In this document: positions 29,808 through 38,338 of the stretch, in pieces
How positions within the stretch are numbered: position 1 is the stretch's first letter
How the letters are laid out: every line of letters begins with the position of its first letter
The notes under the pieces: model-generated
What the model was told of the DNA's origin: nothing
The model's database searches: none
The model's input: the letters and a program-made list of their open reading frames with translations, nothing else
Made by a program: the position numbers and the translations under genes
Origin: Acidimicrobiales bacterium
GTDB taxonomy: Bacteria; Actinomycetota; Acidimicrobiia; Acidimicrobiales; SZUA-35
DNA: 64,000 bases
Reading direction: 5' to 3'
NCBI GenBank assembly: GCA_041394265.1
Contig: JAWKIO010000005.1
Coordinates: 603,531 to 667,530 of the forward strand

Positions 29808-30961
29808 GGCTGCGAGGCAGGCGGCGCGCCAGTCGGATCGACATCGGTGATCGACGGTTCGATGGCGCCGCCGAGATCGGCGTAGAGCAAGCCCAAGCCT
29901 CCGCCGACCAGTGCGGCAAAAGCGCCGGCAACCAGGCCGCTGATCACCTGGCCGATGCCGAAGGCTGCAGCGTTGTCGCCGACGACCTCGCCAAAATCGA
30001 TGACCCGGTCGGCCATCGTCAGCTCCGAGCCACCACCGAGCAGCGGCGCAGTGAACAGACTGGCGATGAAGATCATGGTGAAGCCGATCAGCGCCAGCAT
30101 CGCCAACCGCTTGATGACCGCACGGGTGGCACCGTTGGTGAGGGCGATGCTGCGCCCGATCCCGCCCTGGCCGACCGGCGCGATGAGCGCCATCAGCGGA
30201 GCGAACCCGATGCGGGCGAGTCCGGCAAGGAGGCCGACGAAGACCGCGACGAACGCGAAGAGGCCGAGCACCGGGATGACGGCGGCGATCACGCCGAGCG
30301 GCAGCACCACGATGAGGTACAGCACCACGAAGGCGGCGAAGAACGCCACGATCGAGCCGATGAGGCGAGGTGCTCGAACGCCCGCTTCGCGCAAGGTGTC
30401 GGACCACGACTCGGGCACGCCGGTTCGAGCGGCAAGGACGTGGCGGGCGGCGCACGCCGCCAACGCGATCTTCGCCGCCATCGACAACACCGACACCCCG
30501 AGCGCAACGGCGATCCACGACGTGGCACCATCGACGCTGACGGAGTCGTCGTCGTTGAAGGTCAGGACGAGGTCTCGTACGGCAACCCAAGTCGATCCGG
30601 CCGCGATGAGGTCGATCGCGAAGGTCAGGACCACCAGCATCGTGAACAAGTGACCGGCCTGGTCGATGACCAGCCGGAAGGTCTCCGACATCCACTGATT
30701 GATCGCCGGGAGCCGGTCGCCGGCCTGCGACGGGTCGTGCAAGTGAACGGCGTCACCGAACTGCGGTGGCGGCGGCGCGCTCGGTGACGGTGGACCGCTG
30801 CGTTGTGACGGTGCCGGAGCGCCGGGATCCCCGTCGGGGTAGGGCGCAACGTGTTCGGTCCAGCGTTGACCGTCCCAGTAGCGCAACTGGGACCCGTTGG
30901 GGTCGGGGTACCAACCGGCGACGGGCTGGTTCGGTTCGGAGGGAGGTGTCGGCGTGGTCAT
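29804..30961 (-). CDS. DUF2510 domain-containing multi-pass membrane protein
   Basis: AGWYPDP...LRYWDGQRWTEH at the N-terminus, followed by about 6 TM helices. Confidence 0.8.
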   Translation of the reverse strand: MTTPTPPSEPNQPVAGWYPDPNGSQLRYWDGQRWTEHVAPYPDGDPGAPAPSQRSGPPSPSAPPPPQFGDAVHLHDPSQAGDRLPAINQWMSETFRLVIDQAGHLFTMLVVLTFAIDLIAAGSTWVAVRDLVLTFNDDDSVSVDGATSWIAVALGVSVLSMAAKIALAACAARHVLAARTGVPESWSDTLREAGVRAPRLIGSIVAFFAAFVVLYLIVVLPLGVIAAVIPVLGLFAFVAVFVGLLAGLARIGFAPLMALIAPVGQGGIGRSIALTNGATRAVIKRLAMLALIGFTMIFIASLFTAPLLGGGSELTMADRVIDFGEVVGDNAAAFGIGQVISGLVAGAFAALVGGGLGLLYADLGGAIEPSITDVDPTGAPPASQP

Positions 30962-31950
30962 GAGGTGCGGTGCTCGTCGAACGGTGGTCGGTCGTCGAAC
31001 TCGGCGACCACGCAGGCGTGGTCCGATGCTACGACGCCGTCCACCGGTTCTGAGCCCGCGACCCAACAGGCGACCGGATTGCCGGTCGGCTTCGGTCGGG
31101 GCCAGGAGGTGAACAGGTAGTCGAGGCGGCGGCGAGGCCACTGGGCGTCGCTCGAGTGGGGATTGTCTCGGGTCCAGGTGAACCCGTCGCCGTCGCCGCA
31201 GGCCGCCCAGGCGTCGGTGAACACGCGGACGGCGTCGCCGTGGTCGCTGTACCCCGGCGCGAGGCCGACCAGTCGTCGTACCTCGTCGGAATCGGGGGTG
31301 GCGTTGAGATCGCCGCCGAAGATGAGGGGTCGGTGTTCGTCGGGTGGGGCGTCGAGCAACGCACCCAGCCCGCGATGGTGCTGGTCGAGCCAATGGACAA
31401 GATCATCGAGCTGGGCTTGTCGTAGCCGCGAGTCGTCATAGCGCCATTCGAGATGGGTCGTGGCAACGGGTTGTGGCCCGTCGGGGTGATCGAGCAGCGC
31501 CCAGAGTCCGGTGCGGTGAGCCGGTCTGCCGGATCGATCGGGGAGGTTTCGCTGATCGGCGTCGAGCACGGGCCAGCGGGAGAGAATCGCATTCCCGAAC
31601 GAAGTTCGGGACGTGTCAGAGCCGAACGAAGTTCGGGACGTGTCAGAGCCGAACGAAGTTCGGGACGTGTCAGAGCCGAACGAAGTTCGGGACGTGTCAG
31701 AGCCGAACGAAGTTCGGCCGGTGTGAGAGCCGAACGACGTTTGGGAGGTGTGGTTGGTGGTGGCGACCCAGTGCATCCCGAGGTGATCGGCCAGGTCTTC
31801 GGCCTGATCGTGATGATCGGCGGTGGGGCCGAACACCTCCTGGAGTAGTACGACGTCGGCGTCGATGTCGGCCAGCGCCGCACGAATGGCCGGTTGGCGT
31901 TCCTCCCATGGCCCGAAGCGCCACCACAGGTTCCAGGTTGCGACTCGCAT
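30958..31950 (-). CDS. Endonuclease/exonuclease/phosphatase (EEP) family protein with in-frame repeat insertion
   Basis: RVATWN, LLQEV, GNAILSRWP, GGDLNA, RLDY and SDH motifs. Confidence 0.9.
   Translation of the reverse strand: MRVATWNLWWRFGPWEERQPAIRAALADIDADVVLLQEVFGPTADHHDQAEDLADHLGMHWVATTNHTSQTSFGSHTGRTSFGSDTSRTSFGSDTSRTSFGSDTSRTSFGSDTSRTSFGNAILSRWPVLDADQRNLPDRSGRPAHRTGLWALLDHPDGPQPVATTHLEWRYDDSRLRQAQLDDLVHWLDQHHRGLGALLDAPPDEHRPLIFGGDLNATPDSDEVRRLVGLAPGYSDHGDAVRVFTDAWAACGDGDGFTWTRDNPHSSDAQWPRRRLDYLFTSWPRPKPTGNPVACWVAGSEPVDGVVASDHACVVAEFDDRPPFDEHRTS
31595..31746. repeat. 27-bp tandem repeat inside the EEP CDS (4 exact, 1 variant, 1 partial)
   Basis: ccgaacgaagttcgggacgtgtcagag at 31595, 31622, 31649 and 31676; variant at 31703; partial at 31730. 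Encodes (RTSFGSDTS)n. Confidence 0.95.
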
Positions 31951-32168
31951 GTGTCGCCTCCTCCCCTCTTCGGCGCTCGTGGCGCCGGGCCAGGCCGATG
32001 CCGAGTGACGAGGGTACCCCGAAGGCGGAATTGTTTCGCCTGCTCCTTGGTTGGTGCATCCATCGAGGGAATTCGGGCGAAAGGTGTTTCGTACAAGGTG
32101 TGACCGGAAAGGACGAGCCCGTTCCGGTAGCGCTGTCGCCACCGCCCCACCAGCAGAAAGTGACCGTC

Positions 32169-32525
32169 ATGGACACCGAGTTCACGCTTCACCCCGACAC
32201 CGACGTGGCTTGGCAGGACCTCGCCATGTGCAAGGGGGTGACCCATGTGTTCTTCGGTCCCCAGGCGGAGCGTCCCGAGCGGCGGGTCGAACGTGAGGCA
32301 CTTGCGCTCACGTACTGCTTGTCCTGCCCGGCGATCCTGCCGTGTCGGCGCAACGCCAGACTCAACCATGAACACGGCTTCTGGGGCGGCGAGAACGACG
32401 AGCAGCGGGCGGCGGCCGGCTACGCCCCCCGCTCGCCGAGCCGCCGGGCGGTCATCGAGGCTCGTGACCGGTCCAAGCGGACGGTCGAGTACTCACTCGA
32501 ACAGGCAGGTGCCACCGCCCGCTAG
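32169..32525 (+). CDS. WhiB-family Fe-S transcription regulator (WhiB3/WhiD-like spacing)
   Basis: C-x28-C-x2-C-x5-C followed by GFWGG. Confidence 0.85.
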   Translation: MDTEFTLHPDTDVAWQDLAMCKGVTHVFFGPQAERPERRVEREALALTYCLSCPAILPCRRNARLNHEHGFWGGENDEQRAAAGYAPRSPSRRAVIEARDRSKRTVEYSLEQAGATAR

Positions 32526-32534
32526 GTTGCGGAC

Positions 32535-33554
32535 GTGTTCGATGCGCTCCTGATCCTGTCGTTCGGCGGCCCGGAGGGTCCCGACGACGTGATGCCGTTC
32601 CTGCGCAATGTCACTCGGGGGCGCAACGTGCCCGATGAACGGCTGGCGGTGGTGGCCGAGCAGTACGCGCTCTTCGGCGGCGTCTCACCCATCAACGATC
32701 ACAATCGAGCGCTGATCGCTGCGCTCGAAGCGGAGTTCGAGACGCACGGCGTCGACCTTCCGATCTACTGGGGAAACCGGAACTGGCACCCCTATCTCGC
32801 CGACACGGTGGCGCAGATGGCCGACGACGGTGTGCAGCACGCGCTGGTCTTCGCCACCTCGGCCTTCAGCTCGTACTCCGGCTGTCGTCAGTACCGCGAA
32901 GACCTCGAGCGAGCGGCGGTACCGGGAGGCCCCACGCTCGACAAGCTACGGCTCTTTTACAACCACCCCGGCTTCCTCGAACCGGCGGCGGCCAATGTCG
33001 CCGAGGCGTTGGCGCAGTTCGATCCCGATCGACGGCCCCGGTTGCTCTTCACGGCGCATTCGGTGCCGACGGCGATGGCGGCGACGTCTGACTATGTGTC
33101 CCAGCTCGAAGAAGCTGCGGCGATCGTTGCCGACCTCGCCGGCTACCGCGGCGAGTGGGACCTGGTGTTCCAGTCGCGAAGTGGGCCACCGCAGGTGCCG
33201 TGGCTCGAACCCGACATCGGCGACCACCTTCGCTCCCTTGCCGCCGACGGCGTCGACGAGGTCGTGGTGTGCCCGCTGGGGTTCGTCAGCGACCACATGG
33301 AAGTGCTCTACGACCTCGACACACTCGCCGCCTCGGTCGCCGACGAGGTCGGCATCACGATGGTGCGGGCCGCCACCGTCGGCAACGCGCCGGCGTTCGT
33401 GTCGATGATCCGAGCGCTGGTCGAGGAACGCCGCAACGAGGCACCGCGCCTGTTTCTCGGAGCGTCGGGGCCGTGGCCCGACAGCTGCCCCGAGGGTCAC
33501 TGTGCGGTGCCCGAACGCCCGACAGGTCGTCCCGGTGGACGACCTTCGAGCTGA
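32535..33554 (+). CDS. hemH: Ferrochelatase (coproporphyrin ferrochelatase)
   Basis: SFGGPE, GGVSP, FTAHSVP, FQSRSGP..PWLEPD and GFVSDHMEVLYDLD motifs. Confidence 0.93.
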   Translation: MFDALLILSFGGPEGPDDVMPFLRNVTRGRNVPDERLAVVAEQYALFGGVSPINDHNRALIAALEAEFETHGVDLPIYWGNRNWHPYLADTVAQMADDGVQHALVFATSAFSSYSGCRQYREDLERAAVPGGPTLDKLRLFYNHPGFLEPAAANVAEALAQFDPDRRPRLLFTAHSVPTAMAATSDYVSQLEEAAAIVADLAGYRGEWDLVFQSRSGPPQVPWLEPDIGDHLRSLAADGVDEVVVCPLGFVSDHMEVLYDLDTLAASVADEVGITMVRAATVGNAPAFVSMIRALVEERRNEAPRLFLGASGPWPDSCPEGHCAVPERPTGRPGGRPSS

Positions 33555-33571
33555 GCGAACCGTCGGCGGGC

Positions 33572-35128
33572 TCAGCCGAGCAGGAGGTCGTCGAGCGCGG
33601 TGAAACGGGCGTCGACGATCGTCATCGAGGCACTCGACCACCCGAGATCGGGATACGCGGCAGGCACCATCGATGATCCCCACCACGGGCTGGTGGGACC
33701 AAGGAGACGGTCGCCGGCAAGTGTGCCACCGACGGCCAGGTTCACCACGAGCCGCATGGGTGCGGCACGGTGCGGGCCCTCATCGGCGGTGGCCGGCCCG
33801 GTCATCCGATCGATCTCGACGCCGTCGATCGACCAGATGAGGAGGCCGGGGCGACGGTCGATCGCAATCGTGTGGGTGCCACCATCGGCGATCGTCGGGA
33901 TGTCGTTGGCGGTCGACGCCGAACGCAGACGCTCGTCGAACCAGTGGACAGAGGTCGACACTTCGGTGTCGCCCGACGTCTCCAGGAGATCGATCTCGTG
34001 ATAGCTCGGCGTGTCGTAGCCATCACACATGCCCGGGGCGACGCAGGCCTCCGCGTCGAGAAGCCAGACCGCCGGCCACAGCCCGCCACCGACCGGGATG
34101 GTCACGTCGACCTCGAGCAGTCCCCAGCCGAAGGTCGCCTGCGAGATGACCATGCCCGAGTCGAACGGCGCTCGATCGACCCGTGGCTCGGGATGGGGAC
34201 TCGCGGTCAAGATGACGCGCTCGTCGGTCCGGGTCACCGAGGTGTCGCGGTACTGCTGCGCTTCACCATTGGTCCAGCCGACCGCACCCTCGGCCGGGGT
34301 CAGCCAGTGGGGCTCGGTCCGATCGAGCGGTCCGGTGATCCCGGCGATCCAGGCGTCGATCGGCCGGTCGGGGGTGAGCGCAAGCGAAGGATCGACGTAC
34401 GCGAGCCTCGACCCCGGTCCGGCGCAGCCCCGCTCCCCGACCAACGGCACGCGGTCGAGACAACCGTAGGTCCAGTCGGCGACCGTTGCCCGGTCGACCA
34501 CTCGATCGAGGACGACGGCGTCGGTCGATGCGCCGGCAACGATCCGAGGCTCGAGCCCAACCGATCGGGCCAGCGACATCACGGCGTCGGTGCGATCGAC
34601 GCTGAGGGTGGCGAGGCGACCATCCAGGCTGCCGCCGAGTTCGACGATGGCAGCGAGCGTCGCCACCCGCTCATCGAGCGGTGCGTCGAGCGACAACGCC
34701 GGCGCGGGCCCGGTGCCGACGATCTCGAAATCACCGACCCGCTCGACCGACTGACCGGCGGCGTAGGCACCCGCCATCGACCGTTCGATGGCGAGCGGGG
34801 TCCCGTCGTCGCTGGGGTCGAAGCTCAGCCGCCAGCCGGTGTCGGTCGCCGTGCCAATGGCCGTGTAGTAGCCCGCGAGCGTCGCGGCAGCGTGCTCATC
34901 GACCCGCTCGACGCGGTGACCGGTCTGTGACAGCAGCTCGTCGGCGGTATCGATCGCACCCGACGACAACACGGGATCGACATCGGCGAAGACCGGGAGC
35001 GTTCGGTCCGTGGTCGTCAAGGCCACGACGACGGCAAGCGCCGCCGACGCGACCGCAATCAGGAAGAAGAGCGCCGAGTGCCGAGAGGGAGTGAGCTCAC
35101 CCTGCTCGTGGGCGCGCAGAACGGTCAT
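33572..35128 (-). CDS. Membrane-anchored GH16 glycoside hydrolase with extra N-terminal domain
   Basis: N-terminal TM helix; WPAVWLL, EIDLLE (E-x-D-x-x-E) and LVVNLAVGG motifs. Start could be up to 35188. Confidence 0.8.
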   Translation of the reverse strand: MTVLRAHEQGELTPSRHSALFFLIAVASAALAVVVALTTTDRTLPVFADVDPVLSSGAIDTADELLSQTGHRVERVDEHAAATLAGYYTAIGTATDTGWRLSFDPSDDGTPLAIERSMAGAYAAGQSVERVGDFEIVGTGPAPALSLDAPLDERVATLAAIVELGGSLDGRLATLSVDRTDAVMSLARSVGLEPRIVAGASTDAVVLDRVVDRATVADWTYGCLDRVPLVGERGCAGPGSRLAYVDPSLALTPDRPIDAWIAGITGPLDRTEPHWLTPAEGAVGWTNGEAQQYRDTSVTRTDERVILTASPHPEPRVDRAPFDSGMVISQATFGWGLLEVDVTIPVGGGLWPAVWLLDAEACVAPGMCDGYDTPSYHEIDLLETSGDTEVSTSVHWFDERLRSASTANDIPTIADGGTHTIAIDRRPGLLIWSIDGVEIDRMTGPATADEGPHRAAPMRLVVNLAVGGTLAGDRLLGPTSPWWGSSMVPAAYPDLGWSSASMTIVDARFTALDDLLLG

Positions 35129-35232
35129 CCCCTCACTATCGACCGTCCGCCGACCAACCTGAGCCAGCGCATCCGTGGTGCCGGGCACCGTCCTCGACCG
35201 CCGCCCGTGGCCAGTGGTCCTAAGGTGAGGCG

Positions 35233-35610
35233 ATGCGCCAACCCATCGTCAGCCCGACAGCGAACTCGGTCGGGCCCTACAGCCACGGCATCGATGCCGA
35301 CCCGTTCGTCTACTGCTCGGGTCAGACCCCCGTCGACCCGGCCACCGGCTCACTGCTCGACGGTGACGTCGGAGCCAGGACACACCGGTGCTTCGACAAT
35401 CTGTTCTCGGTGCTCGAAGCGGCTGGACTCGGGCCGGAGCACGTGGTGAAGGTCAACGTGTATCTCACCGACATGGACGACTTCGCCGAGATGAATGCGG
35501 CCTACGCCACTCGCTTCGAGCAGCCGTTTCCCGCCCGCACCACCATCGGCGTGGCCTCGCTGCCCCTCGGCTCCAACGTCGAGATCGAACTCATCGCCCG
35601 CCGCCCCTGA
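35233..35610 (+). CDS. RidA (YjgF/YER057c/UK114) family protein
   Basis: GPYSHG, SGQ, VKVNVYL, PART and VEIE motifs. Confidence 0.92.
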   Translation: MRQPIVSPTANSVGPYSHGIDADPFVYCSGQTPVDPATGSLLDGDVGARTHRCFDNLFSVLEAAGLGPEHVVKVNVYLTDMDDFAEMNAAYATRFEQPFPARTTIGVASLPLGSNVEIELIARRP

Positions 35611-35662
35611 CACGACCGCCCCCGGCCCTGCCCCCGCCGTCCGGCCCCACCGCACCACCGCA

Positions 35663-35773
35663 CCAACCTCCGGGGCACCGTCCAAAATCATCCAACCTCC
35701 GGGGTTCTGCGCGGCTGAGCGTACGCAGCCCCGGAGCTTTGGCTGGATTGGACGTAGCCCCGGCAGTTGGATG
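35663..35773. repeat. ~110-bp imperfect palindrome (two direct and two inverted 29-bp-period units), REP/BIME-like or bidirectional terminator
   Basis: ccaacctccgggg at 35663 and 35692; inverted ccccgg...tgg copies at 35729 and 35758. Lies between convergent genes. Confidence 0.7.
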
Positions 35774-35778
35774 AGCAG

Positions 35779-37254
35779 TCAGAGGCCCACGTGGGATTCG
35801 TGGCGGCCGCGACGCCAGTGCTCGATCTCCTCGCCCATCGGGGTGGACGGTGGGGCGCCGACGAACGGCCACAGTTCCTCGGCCACGCGACGGTAGTTGA
35901 GGGTCGCCTCGAGCTGGGCGAGGATCCCGATGAGTCCGAGGGTGATGCGTTGGAGCACCACGAACGACGGCGGCACATTGAGCATCGCCATCAGCTCGCT
36001 GTGCGGCCCGGACTTGTCGAACAGGTGGTTGACCCCGCCCTCGGCGTACTCCTGGTCGATCGTGATGACGGCGTCATCCAAGACATAGCGGTAGTAGAAG
36101 CGGAAGTAGTCCTCGACCTGCTCGTCGCTGAACGGGGCGTTCGGTTTGAGCAGGCCGGCGTCTTCGACCAGCTTCCGGAAGCCGGCATCGTCGCGCTCGA
36201 GCACCATCTTGGTGATGAGGTCTTCGAACAGCTGGGTCTCCTCAGGAGTGAACCGCTTCACGAGGCCGAAGTCGAGGAAGGTGACCCGACCGCCCTTGTC
36301 GAAGAGGTAGTTCCCGGGGTGGGGATCGCCGTTGAAGGCATGGAGTCGATAGATCGAGCCGAAGGAGAACCGGAAGATCGTCTCGCCGATCAGGTTCTTC
36401 TCGTGTTGGTCCCACGTGAGGACCTCGTCGAACCGATGACCGGTGGCCAGTTCGGTGGTGAGCACCCGAGGGCCCGAGAGCTCGTCGATCACCTTCGGCA
36501 CGTGGACGCGGGGATGGCCGTCGAAGAACTCGGCGAAGTAGCGCTGGTTGGCGGCCTCGTTCTCGTAGTCGAGTTCCTCGTACAGCCGCTCCTTGAGCTC
36601 GTTGGCGATCGGACCCGATTCGAGACCGGGGAACATCGACGACATGGCCCCGAAGATCCAGTCGGCGTTGCCGAGGTCGGAGCGGACGGCGTCGGCCACG
36701 CCCGGGTACTGGATCTTCACGGCGACGGCCCGGTCGTCGAGCGTGATGGCCCGGTGGACCTGCCCGATCGATGCCGAGGCGATCGGAATGGGGTCCCACT
36801 CGGCGAACAGCTCGTCGGGTCCGGCGCCGAGCTCGGCTCGCAGGGTGGCCGCCGCCAACTCGGGACTCATCGGCGGCGCATCGTGTTGCAGCGACGCCAA
36901 GGTCTGGCGCACGTTGTCGGGCAGGCCGGTGTCGATGTAGCTCGCCATCTGCCCAATCTTCATCATGGCGCCCTTCATGTTCCCCAGCTCACGGGTCACG
37001 TCGGCGGCCGTTTGCATCTGGAACTCGAGCGCCAGCTCCTCCTTGCGTTCGGCCGAGGCGAAGGTCTGCCGAGCCTTGCTCACCGCATACCGCCGCCCAC
37101 CTCGCAGGCCCATGCGGGCCAGCCGAAGGTTGCGGGCCGCCATCCGGTTGCCGAGCACCGCCTGCTCGGTGGCGGTGGCCGAACGCCGGCGTACCGCCAC
37201 GGCGCCGATCACGGACGCAAGCCCGGCGAGTCCGAGGAACCGGCGAAAATTCAT
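35779..37254 (-). CDS. ABC1/AarF/UbiB family atypical kinase
   Basis: KGAMMKIGQ, ASASIGQVH, VAVKIQYPG, DPHPGN and LDFG motifs. Confidence 0.93.
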   Translation of the reverse strand: MNFRRFLGLAGLASVIGAVAVRRRSATATEQAVLGNRMAARNLRLARMGLRGGRRYAVSKARQTFASAERKEELALEFQMQTAADVTRELGNMKGAMMKIGQMASYIDTGLPDNVRQTLASLQHDAPPMSPELAAATLRAELGAGPDELFAEWDPIPIASASIGQVHRAITLDDRAVAVKIQYPGVADAVRSDLGNADWIFGAMSSMFPGLESGPIANELKERLYEELDYENEAANQRYFAEFFDGHPRVHVPKVIDELSGPRVLTTELATGHRFDEVLTWDQHEKNLIGETIFRFSFGSIYRLHAFNGDPHPGNYLFDKGGRVTFLDFGLVKRFTPEETQLFEDLITKMVLERDDAGFRKLVEDAGLLKPNAPFSDEQVEDYFRFYYRYVLDDAVITIDQEYAEGGVNHLFDKSGPHSELMAMLNVPPSFVVLQRITLGLIGILAQLEATLNYRRVAEELWPFVGAPPSTPMGEEIEHWRRGRHESHVGL

Positions 37255-37319
37255 CTCTCGATGCTACGAGAAGGCCGGGCGCAGGAGAACTCAGGCGGAA
37301 ACGCCTCTACCGTGAGGCC

Positions 37320-37907
37320 ATGATCTGTCTGGCGACGCCGCGATTGCTGCTGCGAACGTGGCGGGCCGAGGACCGAGCCGACCTCGATCACCTGTTGAGC
37401 GGTGCGGCGTCCTCGGTCGGCAATCTCGTCGATGGCATCGACAACGAGATCACCGACCCGGTCGGCACCCTCCAACGGGCATGGGACGACGACGGCTTCG
37501 GGGTGTTCGCGCTGGAGTCACTCGACGACGGTGGCTTCGTCGGACTCGCTGGGCTCCTTCCCGCCGAGGCCAACCACGGTCGCTCGCTCGACATGGTGTG
37601 GCGTCTTGGCAACGGCGGCGCGACCGCCGCCGAGACACCGACGGACGACCTCGCCGCCGAGGCGCTCATGGCGGTGATCGACTGGGCATTCGGTCTGCTG
37701 GATGTCGACCTCCTCGCCGCGAGCGTGAGCGCAGACGACGCAGCATCGACCGCCACCGCACGAGCGGCGGGACTCAGCAACGGTGCTCGGACGCTCGAGG
37801 CATCGACGGGCACGTGGGTGGATCGCTTCTCGATCACGCTCGAGGCATGGCGGGAGCCGGGCGAGCGCACCACGGCACAGCGGGAACCAGGCGAGGTGCG
37901 CTCGTGA
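37320..37907 (+). CDS. GNAT family N-acetyltransferase (RimJ/RimL-like, degenerate)
   Basis: LATPRLLLRTW, GFVGLAGL and EALMAVIDWAF motifs. Confidence 0.75.
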   Translation: MICLATPRLLLRTWRAEDRADLDHLLSGAASSVGNLVDGIDNEITDPVGTLQRAWDDDGFGVFALESLDDGGFVGLAGLLPAEANHGRSLDMVWRLGNGGATAAETPTDDLAAEALMAVIDWAFGLLDVDLLAASVSADDAASTATARAAGLSNGARTLEASTGTWVDRFSITLEAWREPGERTTAQREPGEVRS

Positions 37908-38314
37908 AGCCGGCGACACCACGGCTACGGCGACTCAGCGACACCGAGATTGCGTCCTATGAGCACCTCGACCCCGCACTGGCTCGCCGGGTCCGGGTCG
38001 CGAAGATCCCGCTCCTCCCGGGCCGGTATCTGGGCATGACCCTCGGCCCGCTCGTGCTGATGCAGAGCTGTGAGCCTGACGACGGCACCAGTGCACTCCT
38101 CGCGCACGAGTTGGTGCACGTCCGGCAGTGGCGGGAGCAGGGGACGGTCGGGTTCGCGGCCAACTACCTCCGCTCGTTTGCCACCGGCTGGTGGCAGTGC
38201 CGACGTTGGCACGAGGCGTATCGCAACATTCCGGCCGAGGTCGAAGCCCGGGCCGAGGCCTCGAAGTGGGCCGAGCAGCGCCGGTGCCTTCCCGACACCG
38301 ACGCCTCGACCTGA
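37904..38314 (+). CDS. Small HExxH zinc metallopeptidase-like protein (DUF4157-like)
   Basis: GMTLG...LLAHELVHVRQW...EVEA. Start overlaps the GNAT stop. Confidence 0.7.
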   Translation: MKPATPRLRRLSDTEIASYEHLDPALARRVRVAKIPLLPGRYLGMTLGPLVLMQSCEPDDGTSALLAHELVHVRQWREQGTVGFAANYLRSFATGWWQCRRWHEAYRNIPAEVEARAEASKWAEQRRCLPDTDAST

Positions 38315-38338
38315 TCTCGTCGGCGTTCGGCGAGCGAC

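Noticed and set aside
31595-31746. CRISPR repeat (27-bp palindromic unit)
   Set aside because: The copies are directly adjacent with no spacers and lie in frame inside a CDS.
31951-32168. Riboswitch or CRP site upstream of the WhiB3-like gene
   Set aside because: Small hairpins are present, but none matches a family I can recognise. An Infernal/Rfam scan would be needed.
33572-35128. Active intein or homing endonuclease in the GH16 gene
   Set aside because: No Cys/Ser-start or His-Asn splice motifs were seen, and the LAGLIDADG acidic residues are missing.
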